64,000 bases of DNA from positions 84,878,001 through 84,942,000 of the forward strand of contig OX597822.1 in assembly GCA_951406725.2 (NCBI GenBank), given 5' to 3'. The position numbers and the translations under genes were made by a program. The stretch is from Octopus vulgaris (lineage: Eukaryota). Below, piece after piece: positions 13,167 through 25,263 of the stretch (its first letter is position 1; each line of letters begins with the position of its first letter). The notes beneath the pieces were generated by a model. That model was not told where the DNA came from. It saw only the letters and a list, made by a program, of their open reading frames with translations, and did no database searches.

Positions 13167-13253
13167 ACTTTCTACATATGTTTCGAAAATTCCACTGATA
13201 CTTATTCAAAAGAATAAAAGGTATAAACAATGCAATCTTCTCTTCGGGAAAGT
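13167..13253 (-). ncRNA. Hammerhead motif with 6-bp stem I and extended stem II, in a (TA)n-flanked insert (13123-13437)
   Basis: ACTTTC-CCGAAGA-GAAGATT...AATTTTC-GAAA-CATATG-TA-GAAAGT; stems I and II pair, stem III is the palindrome ACATATGT. Confidence 0.7.
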
Positions 13254-13429
13254 GAAAAAACGAAACTCGTCAATACGACATTTTAGCTAAAAATGATGGA
13301 TTCGTATAGCGATAGACAGAACGCTTTATAAACAAGGAGTTACAACATCTTTACTTGTGAGATTTTTGCTGCCCTGGTAACTATTTATTTATTTTTCCGT
13401 GTTAATTGTTAACAAGGTAAAATACACTC

Positions 13430-13472
<43 letters not shown>

Positions 13473-13666
13473 TATAGTCGTCACTAAAGTGACGGAGGGT
13501 GCTACGAAGGGTGTTACTGACTCCATCTCACTTGTCGTAGATGGGAGCTTGTCTCCCTTGTCAGTCGTTAGAAAAGTGCTCTCACGTAGCTGAGAGTTGT
13601 TTTGACTTTCATTTCTTGCAATGCTGGTTCTCAGTAGCAGCCTACGTCACTTTAGTGACAGCTATA
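13473..13666. mobile_element. Short foldback/MITE between (TA)n tracts
   Basis: Inverted ends TATAGTCGTCACTAAAGTGACG / CGTCACTTTAGTGACAGCTATA. Confidence 0.6.
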
Positions 13667-13709
13667 TTTGTTGCCTTTCGGTTGTAAATTGCAAATAGAC
13701 ACCTTAATA

Positions 13710-13780
<71 letters not shown>

Positions 13781-14130
13781 TATATATATATATACATAGA
13801 TACGTAAATGTGTATGTGTGTTTTCGTGTGCATTCGTGCGTGTGTGTGCGTTTATCTTTCTGTCTCTCCATCTATATGTATATATGAGAAATTATAATCA
13901 ACACAAGTTTATATCACTTGTTCCTACGCACATTTCACCGTTGTGGTTATTTGGGCCACTGTCATTAGATGATCCAAGGGTAATTGGTTGCATAACCACA
14001 ACAGATCACCAGAGAATACTTTATTACATTATGTTTCAGAGCATTAATGCCTACGAAGCAGACTGGACGATGAGGCTCCAAGCTTATCAGAGCAGTCGTA
14101 TATCTTTGTGGATTAACAAGATACACTATA

Positions 14131-14231
<101 letters not shown>

Positions 14232-14383
14232 GTATGGGGATGCAGATAAGAAAAATAGAAATTGAAGTATGATTATATGTCTATTTTTTCATTAATATAA
14301 TGTTCGGAAGTTTAACAAGTGCCATCGAACGAAACTCTCGGCCCTTGAGTCACTCTGTCGCTTCTGCTATATACATGTAAGTT

Positions 14384-14543
14384 CAGGCATGGCTGTGTGG
14401 TGAGAAGGTTGCTTCCCAACCACATAGTTCCGGGTTCAGTCCCACTGCGTGACATCTTGGCAAATGTCTTCTTACTATAGACTCGAGCTAACCAAAGCCT
14501 TGTGAGTGAATTTTTGTAGACGGATACTGAAAGAAGCCCCTCG
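14384..14543 (+). mobile_element. SINE family B, 5' module only
   Basis: CAGGCATGGCTGTGTGG (A-box-like) ... GGTTCAGTCCC (B-box-like) ... CTTGGCAAATGTCTTCTT ... ACTGAAAGAAGCCC; directly followed by the DNA transposon. Confidence 0.85.
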
Positions 14544-15235
14544 TACAGGGTGCGTAAGATATTTGAGAACATATTTATGTTTATGAAAAGCAGATATATT
14601 ATAACATAATAGCTTTATTTATCAAAAAATGCTATGAGGATAAAAAACCCCCCTTTTCTGTAATGTTATTCAATCATGCCACCTTCAGCTTCAACAACTA
14701 CTTCTGTATGAGATCTAAATCATCTACATACTTGAATCAAGTGGTCGTGGTTCATTTTGGACATTACTCTGACTATGGCAGCTTTCAAGGAATCTTTGGT
14801 ATTATGTGCGTGTTCATTGACCGCTCTCTCAACTACGCTCCACATGTAATAGTCCAATGGATTGAGATCTGGGGAATTAGGAGACCAAATGTTAGGGGTC
14901 ATGTGATCATGAAAATTTTCAGCCATCTATTCCTTTGTTCCTAGAGCCAAGTGTAATAGTGCAGAGTCTTACTGAAACACATACGGCCTTCCATTGCATA
15001 CACTGTCTATCAGAGGCTTAACAATTATTTTCAAGAACTCACTGTAGGTGGCAGAGTTAACTCTAAGGCCTGGTGGAAAGAGGTAAGGAGGCGTCACATG
15101 TCTTTCATTGCTGACAACCCCTAAAATCATTAAAGTTGCAGGAAATTTTGAAAGCACAACACTTGGAACTTCAGAGGGATCTGCACATAACCATCTGTCA
15201 TTTCTTCTCTTAACTTTTTCATCTTGGTCGAAGTT
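14544..15235 (-). pseudogene. Tc1/mariner superfamily (maT/DD37D-like) transposase fragment with one TIR
   Basis: LMILGVVSNE..PPGLRVNS..YVFQ*DSA and WSPNSPDLNPLDYYMWSVVER catalytic-region motifs; TA-CAGGGTG TIR at 14544. Confidence 0.85.
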
Positions 15236-15241
15236 TTTCTC

Positions 15242-15276
15242 GTTTAACGTTTCGAGCGGAGCTCTTCGTCGGAAAC
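15242..15276 (-). ncRNA. Minimal hammerhead motif (same family as 11387)
   Basis: GTTT-CCGACGA-A-GAGC tcc GCTC-GAAA-CGTTAAAC; 15240-15345 is highly similar to 11388-11488. Confidence 0.65.
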
Positions 15277-15343
15277 ATAGGAGAAGGAAAGATCCCGAGA
15301 AGGGAAGAAAGAGGAAAAAAATCGCTGGCGGTACTCACGAAGT

Positions 15344-15431
<88 letters not shown>

Positions 15432-15557
15432 CATATATATATATACATATATATATATACATATGTATATATATAATGCATCTTTATATACACACGCGTA
15501 CACACACACACACACGCACACACACTCACACACACATATATATGTATACTTACCATC

Positions 15558-15965
15558 GGTGGCGGGCTGGCAGAAACGTTAGTGTGCCAGGCGAAATGCT
15601 TAGCGGTATTTCGTCTGCGTTACGTTGTGAGTTCAAATTCCGCCGAGGTCGACTTTGCCTTTCATCCTTTCGGGGTCGATAAATTAAGTACCAGTTACGC
15701 ACTGGGGTCGATGTAATCGACTTAATACCTATGTCTGTCCTTGTTTGTCCCCTCTGTGTTTAGCCCCTTGTGGGTAATAAAGAAATAGTTATTTCGTCTG
15801 TCGTTACGGTCTGAGTTCAAATACCGCCAAGGTCGACTTTGCCTTTCATCCTTTCGGGGTCGATAAATAAAGTACCACTTTCTCACTGGGATCGATGTAA
15901 TCGACTTAATCCTTTTGTCATTGTTTGTCCCCTCTATGTTTAGCCCCTTGTGGGCAGTAAAGACA
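15558..15965 (+). mobile_element. SINE family A head-to-tail dimer
   Basis: Full copy (GGCGGGCTGGCAGAAACGTTAG...AATAAAGAAATA) joined to a 5'-truncated copy starting GTTATTTCGTCTG. Confidence 0.9.
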
Positions 15966-16292
15966 TATATGTATACATACCATACGTATATGTGAGTGTA
16001 CATACATATAAGTATACAAATAAACGTGTATATATGTATGTATGTAGATGTAAATGTATGTATCTTTATGCACAGACGTACACACACGCTACGCACGCGC
16101 GAGCACGTACCCACACCCGCCCACCCATCCACACCTCCACCGACACACGTACATAAAAGCTGCATCGTAGCCGTATATTTATAGAAGACCTCTAACGAAT
16201 CAATTAATTCTGTTTCATTAAAACTACTTTAATAATAACACGCTTATTTGTTTTCCTCCCCGTTGCCAGCTGGAGATGTGTGTAATAACAAC

Positions 16293-16341
<49 letters not shown>

Positions 16342-16353
16342 CACGCACGCACA

Positions 16354-16450
<97 letters not shown>

Positions 16451-16474
16451 GCATATACAGAAATACACACACAC

Positions 16475-16505
<31 letters not shown>

Positions 16506-16517
16506 TATATATGTATG

Positions 16518-16629
<112 letters not shown>

Positions 16630-17949
16630 TGTGCATACATACATACATACATATATATATGTATATATATATATGCATATATATATATGCATACACACAT
16701 ACACACACACATACATCTGTATATACAGAAACATATACATTGGCCCGTGCTTGGTCTCTAGCACACACATTAATATACATACCCTCAGATATATAAACAC
16801 ACGCTGAGCACACGGAAATACACCTACAAGAGGCCAACCACCCACAAAAAGGTATATGTTCATCATTTAAAGAAAACATACACTATACTGCAAGGATAGA
16901 CATACACACACGTACACGCATACGCAAACAGGTACTCACACACGCAAAAAAACACATACGCACTCAGATATGCACACATCTACTTATATATACATTTATG
17001 TATGTGTGCATATATATATGTGTGTGTGTGTGTATAGAAATATATATTACCTGTATACGTGTGTATATGTATATATGTGTTGTGTCAGTGCGTATGTATG
17101 TATGATTTTTCTTTTTCTCTCCCTCTCTCGTCCGCCCCCACTTTCTGTAATGGCTCTGTAGAAGTGGTTTTGATGTTGTAGTGGTGGTGGTGGTGGTGGT
17201 GGTGGAGGGGTATAAAGATTACTTATAGAATTCAATAGAATCTAGGCACATCAAAACGTAGGATGCCAGAAATGGGTAGGGACAATGATATATGTTCACA
17301 GTGAGGTGAAATAACCATGAAGATATGAGGTGTTGGTAGGATACTGTAGATATGTAAGTACCAAGTCCAAAATAAACCGTCGGCTGACTCAGAGTTGGCT
17401 CTAGGTGCAGCGTACGTATAAAAATAACACAAATGGGTTTATTTTTGTTGAAATATGTTCGTTATCATCAAGGTATTATCTCACCTATTTATACCTGTTT
17501 AAAACTGTATCTGAAAATAATGGATTTTATGCTATGATGTAATCTATGAATACATCAATAAAATTCTACCGAAACAGCTATCGTAAATTTTAAACCTCCA
17601 TTTATGGTCTGAGATCATTGGGTGTTTCTCATTGCTGGCAGACCTGAAATATCCAACAACCCAAGGAGATCCTGAATGGGTGCAGTACAGTTTCGTCGCT
17701 CTACGTGCTTCTCCTACAGACCCGGCTGATGGTACTTCTGTGCCTGTACAGTTTATCTCGAACCAACAATTTCCTGGTAGCAATTTCCATACTCTCTGGA
17801 CTGAAAGCTCGGAATAGACCTGCCAGATGATTCAGCAGAGTTTATCTGAAACGGTGCTTCTCGGTAGCAATGTCAGGTCAAAGATTTTTTGAAGTTATCT
17901 ATAGTTTCTAGGTCAAAAGTTCTCCAAAACAGACCAACCAGTTGATCAT

Positions 17950-18330
17950 TGTCGACACCTTAGGTGGTTTGTGTTACCACATGAGTGACACCTTAGCTCT
18001 TTGCTTTCAACTGCAAAAAATCACTTGCAAGCCACTTGGCAAGTTTGTTAGGTCAACAATGGCTTCCGTACTTTTTTTTTATCTATAGTTCCTCATACGC
18101 ACCTGACCAATTTTCCTTTCACAGCCTGCAGACTTGTAATATTGTTGGCTTGTCTTTTGTATTTAGAAACACAACCTCCACAAACCAGCAGATGGTAACA
18201 CATCGACCACTTTCATTTTCACCATTCTCCGGATAAGGGTGGTTGGTATGAAGATTAGTTAGTCACTCTTTAGGAGACTTACTGGCTGTTCTTTGGTTTC
18301 CAACACGATCAATAAGCTACCGTTTCTTCG
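17950..18330 (-). pseudogene. Probable L1/Tx1-type ORF1 remnant with a CCHC-like zinc knuckle
   Basis: Minus strand AVESKELRCHSCGNTNHLRC at about 17953-18014; frameshifts and stops upstream. Confidence 0.45.
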
Positions 18331-18534
18331 CGCTCCTTAACTTTTCTCATTGATGTTCCTTTTGTTGATGCAATAGCCGCCGCAACCGCCGCAACCGCCG
18401 CAACCGCAGCAACAGCAGACGCAGCAGCCGTTACTTCTCTGCATTGAGAGGTTACAGCCCCGGTATTACGGACTTGAAATTGGAATGTCGGAGAAAAATC
18501 GCAAGATGGATTCATCAAGCCGAGTCAACTGGCA

Positions 18535-18705
18535 AGAGACATAGAGGTGGACGGATAATATCCATTGTCTCAATTGGTCACAAGGGGGAATCAAGCCAGA
18601 AAGTGTAATGGTTGTTGCTGATGAGACCCTATATAAGGAGGTACCTAAGGACACGACTACCACAATCCTTCTAGGAATTTTGGGTGGAGAAGATGGATGG
18701 AAGGA
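18535..18705 (+). mobile_element. RTE-like LINE extreme 3' end
   Basis: RWTDNIHCLNWSQGGIKPESVMVVA, followed by a GAAGATGGATGGA tail. Confidence 0.5.
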
Positions 18706-20015
18706 CGTAAGGAGATTTATCGCAACTCTGTGAGGCACCTTGTCCATTGCTCTGTCGCTTCTGTCAATAAAGCAATAATAGGATTTACTAATACAGACGC
18801 AAGGTTAGAAAAGTTGTGGGAGAGTCTTAACCCCACTTATTGGATGCTGGTTTATTTTATTCACTCTGGGTTGATGAAAAGCAAAATCGGCTCAGGTGGG
18901 ATTTGAAATTTATCAATATTGGGGATTTATAATACCAGCACAGCGCTATACTTTTGGGTAAAGGGCTGTGATCGATTAAACCTATCTATATTTTGCTTCT
19001 CACAAGGCCGATTACCTGGTCTCCGTCGCATAAGTGACCGAGATTATAGCTTGCCCCTTAACGGGATTCCGGTCCGTTGCAGAACTCAAGGCCAGCATTA
19101 TTTGAGGGGAGGAGACAAGTCGATAATATCAACTCCAGTATTACAATAGTATTTTATTATTCTTTTTTTTTTTTGCGATCTCAAAGTGACGAAAAGCGAA
19201 GTTAACTTTGGCAGGATTTGAACTCAGAACTTTAGGAGTCAGTAGAAATACCACTTAGCATTTTGTCTGACGTTCTAATGAGTCTGCCAGCTTGCAGCCT
19301 ATCACTGTATTTCACTAATACTTTATTTTATTCACCTCTATAGAACGAGGATCAAAACTGATCCGGCGGGATTTGAACTCAGCCATTTGTTCCAACACGC
19401 TACCGATTTGATCGATTCCGTTAGATCAAACTAGACGACACATCAGGATAGACTAGTGGGAATGTAACAAAAATAAATAAGTAGAATAATAAATGAAATA
19501 AGAACTAAGAAAAGCTTCCAACAATGCAGTTAGTTTAAAGAACTCTTATATTTCGGACGCAAAGGCTTGGCTTCAGAATACAGTCGCTTCTTGTAAAGAC
19601 ATACGCCCGAAATATAAAAGCATTTAAAAAAAAAAACTTTCTGCATTGTCAGATTTCCTTATTTCTCATTTCGTTCATTTTCTACCTCTGCACTATAATG
19701 CTTCAAGCGAACTATAAAGGTCGTCTAAAAATAAATAAATAAATAAATAGATAAATAAATAAATAAAAGAAAGTCCAATCCAAATCTAATTTGAAGAATT
19801 CCAGGTGCCAGTCTGTAATTATTGTACCTACCACACACATGATGCTTACAACAATACAGTGATGAGCGCCACTACTATTTGAACCGGAAATCTTGCTATT
19901 CCCAGCGGAATATCCAACTGTTTTCCGGTCTACGTCAACGGTTGCTTTTATTTGTTAGTGTTAGTCATTAGGTTTGTCTTGAAGGATTCTTTGTTTCTAT
20001 TCCGTTTCTCTGTGT

Positions 20016-20062
<47 letters not shown>

Positions 20063-20196
20063 ATTTCATGAAGGTGTCTATTTTATGTATTTATATGTCT
20101 CTTTTGTCTGTGCGAGTGCATGTGTAGTGTGTGTGTGGGGGGGATGTGTAAGTGTGTGTTCAAGGTATGTTTGCATGATTGTGCATTACGTGCATA

Positions 20197-20362
20197 GGTG
20201 CAGGCATGGCACTGTGGTAAAAAAGTTTCCTTCCTAATCACATGGTACCGGGTACAGTCCCATAGCGTGGCATCTTGGGCAAATGTTTTCTACTATAGGC
20301 TCTGGACAACCAAAACATTCTGAGTGGATATGGTAGACGGAAACTGAAAGAAGCCCGTCGTA
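20197..20362 (+). mobile_element. SINE family B, 5' module
   Basis: AGGTGCAGGCATGGCACTGTGGTAA...CTTGGGCAAATGTTTTCTACTATAG...GAAACTGAAAGAAGCCCGTCG. Confidence 0.85.
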
Positions 20363-20394
20363 TACATACATACATGCATACATACACACATGCA

Positions 20395-20782
20395 TCAATC
20401 GTTCTTCATCAAACCCGATTGGTCGACAGGTGTGTAATCCGTCCTTGAGGTCAAAATTCTCAGATTTGAAGAGTGAAAACCAACGGCGAGCGGTTCTTTG
20501 AGGCATTGCTCCTTCTCCGTGCACAGTAAAAATCTCACGAACAGCTTCGGCGACCTTAAGACCTCTATTAAATGCAAAAATGCACAGTTTTGTCCACTTG
20601 TCACTCCATTTTAATGATCTGAAAATACACAAAAGTCAATAAGATTTAAAGGTCAAAACACACAATCAAGTAGTGCAAAAATTCTCTTTTAAGTAAGATA
20701 AAATATTTTGCCAGTGCGTTTTATTTCTGCGTGTATGTTTAAATTTGAATAAAACGCTCATGAACTATTCCTCAATCCAATA
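20395..20782 (-). pseudogene. mariner transposase N-terminal (HTH) fragment
   Basis: FAFNRGLKVAEAVREIFTVHGEGAMPQRTARRWFSLFKSENFDLKD..CRP..FDEERL; TIR-like TATTGGATTGAGGAATAGTTCAT. Confidence 0.85.
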
Positions 20783-21209
20783 CTTCAGGAATTCCGCAAT
20801 TTTAGTTGAGAAAATAATCAATTAAGTAAACAGATGATGGAATTGGTGTAACACTTTATTTTGTACGGTGATCATTTCGACCCATCCAGCGACTGTCCTT
20901 TTTGGGTGGGATGCGGTGCATCATACATCATACTATGTTGCATCCATTTTGCTGCCTGGGTCACATCAGGTACAGTCATACATAAAGTTGTGCCTCGCTA
21001 AAGATCTTGCGTTTGGGCAGACATGTTGTTATTTGTACTCTTCAGTTAGGGAATGAGGTATTGCTATGTTTGCCTTTATTGTTAAATGTCCATAACAAAC
21101 AAAATGAAACATATATAACAAATAAAACAAAATCAAATATATAAACGGTAGACAAGAAAGGAAGGAAAACGAAAAAAATCTTTGTTATGAAGTACATGGG
21201 AGGGGAATT

Positions 21210-21435
21210 TATTTCTCATTGTTCCAGTCTACTCAGCTGGCAAAAATGAGTTGTACCTGTTATTCAAAAGGGGCCAGCTTGTCCCATTCTGTGTCACGTT
21301 GAATCTCCCTGAGAGCTGCGTTAATGGTACATGTGTCTGTGGAGTGCTCAGCCGCTTGCACTTGGATCTCACGAGGAGGCTGTTCCGTCGATTGGATCAG
21401 TTGGAACCCTCGTCGTCATATTGACGGAGTGCCGG
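21210..21435 (+). mobile_element. SINE family C body
   Basis: TTGTTCCAGTCTACTCAGCTGGCAAAAATGAGTTGTACC..., shared with the copies at 41455 and 51105. Confidence 0.8.
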
Positions 21436-22253
21436 TTTTAGTTGGTGGGGGTTAAAAAGTCGTCTTATAATCCGGTTTGTGTGGTAGTTATTAATGCTGA
21501 GTTTCTATTTAGAAAGATGAGAAGATGTTGGTTAAATTGACAAATGGCTTCTTAATTAAGGTAAAATGCGGAGTAAAGCCGACTTCGGTGAGATTTGAAC
21601 TCAGAATGCCAAGTAAAAAGCAAGCAATCTCTCGAACCCTAGAAATCCACAAGGCAGGTTTCCATGGCGTGTAAGGCACTGAGATCCCAGCATTCTCCCA
21701 GTCTACCGAAAGGTTGTTCACAGTTGAGTGGCTTGGGGCAACGTGAAATGAAGTGTTTTGCTCAAGGTCACAATGCACCGCCCGTTCCGGGACCGAAACC
21801 ACGACTTCGAGATCACGAGTGCAACACCCTTACCCTCTACGCCTTTGTTAGAATGCAAAGAGAAGTAACCAAAGACGGAGCAATTTTTTTGTTTTCAACT
21901 TCTCCAATGCTCTACCGACATCGGTGAATCGGAACTACGTGCACTCCACCGATTCTGAGAAGAAGAAGAAGAAGAAGAAGAAGAAGAAGAAGAAGAAGAA
22001 GAAGAAGAAGAAGAAGAACAACAACAACAACAACAGCAACAACAGTAACAACAACAACAACAACAACAATAATACATGAATAATAAACAGCAACAGTAAG
22101 ACAGTAACAACAAGAGCAACATAAGCAAATAAGAGCAGCTAGAAAAACAGTAGCGCCATTAACTGGAGACAAAAAACAAACAGAAGGATGATGGGGAATA
22201 GAGAGAAGGTGGGGGCAGATGTAAGCGAAGAAAAGAAAGAGAGGAAAGAAATG

Positions 22254-22291
<38 letters not shown>

Positions 22292-22549
22292 GAGGTGGAG
22301 GAGGAGGTAAGGAGGATAGAGCATCACAAGCTGCAGATGCAACAATAACAAGATGAACGATGATAGCAACAGCAGTGAAGGTAATAATAGTTGAAACAAG
22401 AAGAAAACATAACAGCAACAACAACAACAACAATCTTTAAACAATTTTAAAAACAAAACAACAGCAAGAAACCGAATCGAGAGAAACGTTTAAGTGATTA
22501 CTCGACTTACTAAATATAGCAACCAAATCTCCTTCAAATCCCTTCCTTA

Positions 22550-22900
22550 TCACTTACTTAATCCCTTCTCTCCCTATGGAGCCACTGACAACTTTTCTTC
22601 ACTGTTCTTCTCAACTGGTTCTGCTTCTCTACAGTCGGATCCTTGCTTTTTCAGCCCTGCCTCTGTATCTGGCCCCCCAATTATTCTTAGGGTGTCCACT
22701 CCTGTCCCCCTTGGGAGTTCATGTTTCCTTGAAGGAAGGCTTTCCTTTCCCAAGTCTTCCATATGCCAGCCTTTCCATGGGTAGCGGAGTTCGATCTACG
22801 CACACGTATTTTTGCCTCTGAGAAGAAGAGGTCCTTATTAGTATAGCTTCTTTGATCTGTTTAGTGTGGGAAGCCTTACCAGGGTGTCCCATAAAGGAGA
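22550..22900 (-). mobile_element. RTE-clade LINE 3' fragment
   Basis: Decayed minus-strand CCCAAGGGGGACAGGAGTGGACACCCTAAGAATAATTGG (PQG.R..G.PKNNW-like) C-terminus ending in a TTAAGTAAGT tail. Confidence 0.6.
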
Positions 22901-22901
22901 G

Positions 22902-22952
<51 letters not shown>

Positions 22953-23010
22953 CAAGCTGAGAGGATATAAAATTTTGTTTGCCTTTCTTCAGCTTCACTT
23001 TTTCTCTTCC

Positions 23011-23043
23011 GCCTGACGAAGGACTGCATCCGAAACGTTGGTT
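23011..23043 (+). ncRNA. Minimal hammerhead motif with canonical core
   Basis: CTGACGA-A-GGA ctgca TCC-GAAA-CG-TT; a second truncated core CCGATGAAG lies at about 23109. Confidence 0.65.
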
Positions 23044-23144
23044 ATTCCACTCCTCACATCAACTTCACTGTACTTCTTTCCCATTTTTCTATATTTTTTC
23101 AAGTCTTTCCGATGAAGACCTACACAAGATACCCTTTGTATGTA

Positions 23145-23238
<94 letters not shown>

Positions 23239-23254
23239 GTTCGTTATATATATA

Positions 23255-23548
23255 TCACCGTGACCGACCAGGCTATCAGATGTTGCTACACATCGCTGGT
23301 CACAATGCGCTTCGCATTGTTTTAGCGTTCAAATGACGCTAACCCGCTGGCTAAGCGAGCGGGACAACAGAAGAAAGAGTGACAGAAAGTTGTGGTGAAA
23401 GAGTACAGCAGGGATCACCACGACCCCCTGCTGGAGCCTCGTGGAGCTTCAGGTGTTTTCACTCAATAAACGCTCACAACGCCCGGTCTGGGAATCGAAA
23501 CCACGATCCTACAACTGCGAGTTCGCTGCTCCAACCACTGGGCCATTG
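23255..23548 (-). mobile_element. tRNA-derived SINE, family D
   Basis: Minus strand TGGCCCAGTGG (A box) ... GGTTTCGATTCCC (B box), followed by a unique body; flanked by microsatellites. Confidence 0.8.
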
Positions 23549-23551
23549 TAC

Positions 23552-23599
<48 letters not shown>

Positions 23600-23608
23600 A
23601 TACATACA

Positions 23609-23731
<123 letters not shown>

Positions 23732-23887
23732 TAAAACAAATGAAAGACAGAACAAAGAAATATGCGAGAATATATTAATCACAACATCTAGCACCGTCTT
23801 TCAATTGTTATATATCTAACGATCACTCTGAAAGTGACCGTGCTTTACCAGTAAGCTACCAGCTGTAAACCGTTCGTTTTATTATCC

Positions 23888-23947
<60 letters not shown>

Positions 23948-24329
23948 AAAACGAGTTCCCTATGGATACCATATTTATTACAACGAGTGGCTTGTAAACG
24001 TATCTAACGAGCGAAAGCGAGTTAGATATGTTTACAAGCCACGAGTTGTAATAAATACGGTATCCATAGGGAATGAGTTTGGTATTTTATTTATTACACA
24101 CGAATAAACGACCATATTTTATTAACCCAATAACTAAATTCTTCACATCGTGTTGAAGCGCGCATGAATACAGCTTGATTTCACGTCAGTGACGTCACAA
24201 TGTGTAACTGTAAAAGATGTCATGCCGCAGGAAGATAGTCCGACTTTATAGCGCTAAGTTTTCAGGTGAAATGACTGATAACTGATGACTGTTTAACATT
24301 TTGTTAACATTCAATTTCACGAGTGACGT

Positions 24330-24902
24330 CTAGTAGTGTTTTGATTTCAGATATCTTTCAATACTGGATAACATTCCCCTCAAAGATGAAGGTTCATAGT
24401 TGCTACCGTCCGGCTTTCGTAACGAGATAAAGAAAGTACACAGAATGTCACAAAGTTCACTTTTGTCGATAGATTCAATTGGACGCGTGTCGCCATTTGT
24501 CGCCATGAAAGCAAACAATCGTTTAACATCATAGTTTGTTTTCCGAAGAGTGTTTTTATTTTGATTACCTTGAACGAATTTGTCTATTCCAGAATGATCA
24601 TACCTCGGTTGAAATTCAAGTTCATTATTGCTCTCATCAAAGAAATCGTCAAGTAGAAGTTCGTTGTACACCTCATCAGGGATGTTAGATCTAGGGTTCG
24701 ATGACAATCCACTCGTCGATGACACTGTTTCAGGTACCTTTGTTAACCTGTATCCAGCAACATGTCGAACTTGGCCAGTATTGATCTTCACTTTGAACAT
24801 TCTGTATGTTCCAAGAGGTTGAACAACGGATAACACTCTTCCCCCATCTTTACCATCAATCTTGACAAAATCATTCACCTTGATATCGACAACAGTAGCC
24901 AT
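24330..24902 (-). CDS. 190-aa Crypton/ZMYM-QRICH1-like protein: N-terminal beta-rich domain plus recombinase core-binding domain, no catalytic domain
   Basis: ATG in CAAGATGGC context; NKNTLRKTNYDVKRLFAF..RPIESI..ELCDILCTFFISLRKPDGSNYEPSSLRGMLSSIERYL matches, by recall, the segment preceding DUF3504 in Crypton-derived proteins; stops immediately after. Confidence 0.75.
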   Translation of the reverse strand: MATVVDIKVNDFVKIDGKDGGRVLSVVQPLGTYRMFKVKINTGQVRHVAGYRLTKVPETVSSTSGLSSNPRSNIPDEVYNELLLDDFFDESNNELEFQPRYDHSGIDKFVQGNQNKNTLRKTNYDVKRLFAFMATNGDTRPIESIDKSELCDILCTFFISLRKPDGSNYEPSSLRGMLSSIERYLKSKHY

Positions 24903-25175
24903 CTTGTTGATAGATCTACCTGCACTGCAAGAGTATCGACGAGCAGACGAAATATGTTGTGATTTTTTTGGCAACAAAAAATTGAATTACCACCAGAAAT
25001 GTTTATATTTTATGTGTATATGACTTTAAGTGATATCTGGTATAAAAAAATATAGTATGTTTGTTTAATTATATGGCTACATTCTACCTGCTCGTGAAAG
25101 TAATGAATGAAGTTTACTTGTAACTTATGAATGACAAAAGTAGTGCCGTCACCGTAACCTCGGGTCATCACCATG

Positions 25176-25204
25176 GATTGACCAATCAGAAGCAGCGCTC
25201 GCAG
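25176..25204. promoter_or_regulatory. CCAAT-box in the presumptive promoter of the Crypton ORF
   Basis: GATTGACCAATCAG about 280 bp upstream of the ATG, inside the element. Confidence 0.35.
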
Positions 25205-25263
25205 TATCTGACATATGTTAGATACCAAAAATATCTCAAAGTGTTCTCACTCACATGTGTGTA

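Noticed and set aside
17480-17515. Possible minus-strand mini-exon (TTTTCAG|ATACAG...|GTGAGA)
   Set aside because: Too short, ambiguous donor, no informative coding signal.
18618-18645. CTGATGAGACC hammerhead-like start
   Set aside because: No GAAA after a stem II; lies inside an RTE-like coding remnant.
24903-24977. TTG-initiated 25-aa extension of the Crypton ORF
   Set aside because: Eukaryotic context; the first ATG at 24902 has a good initiation context.
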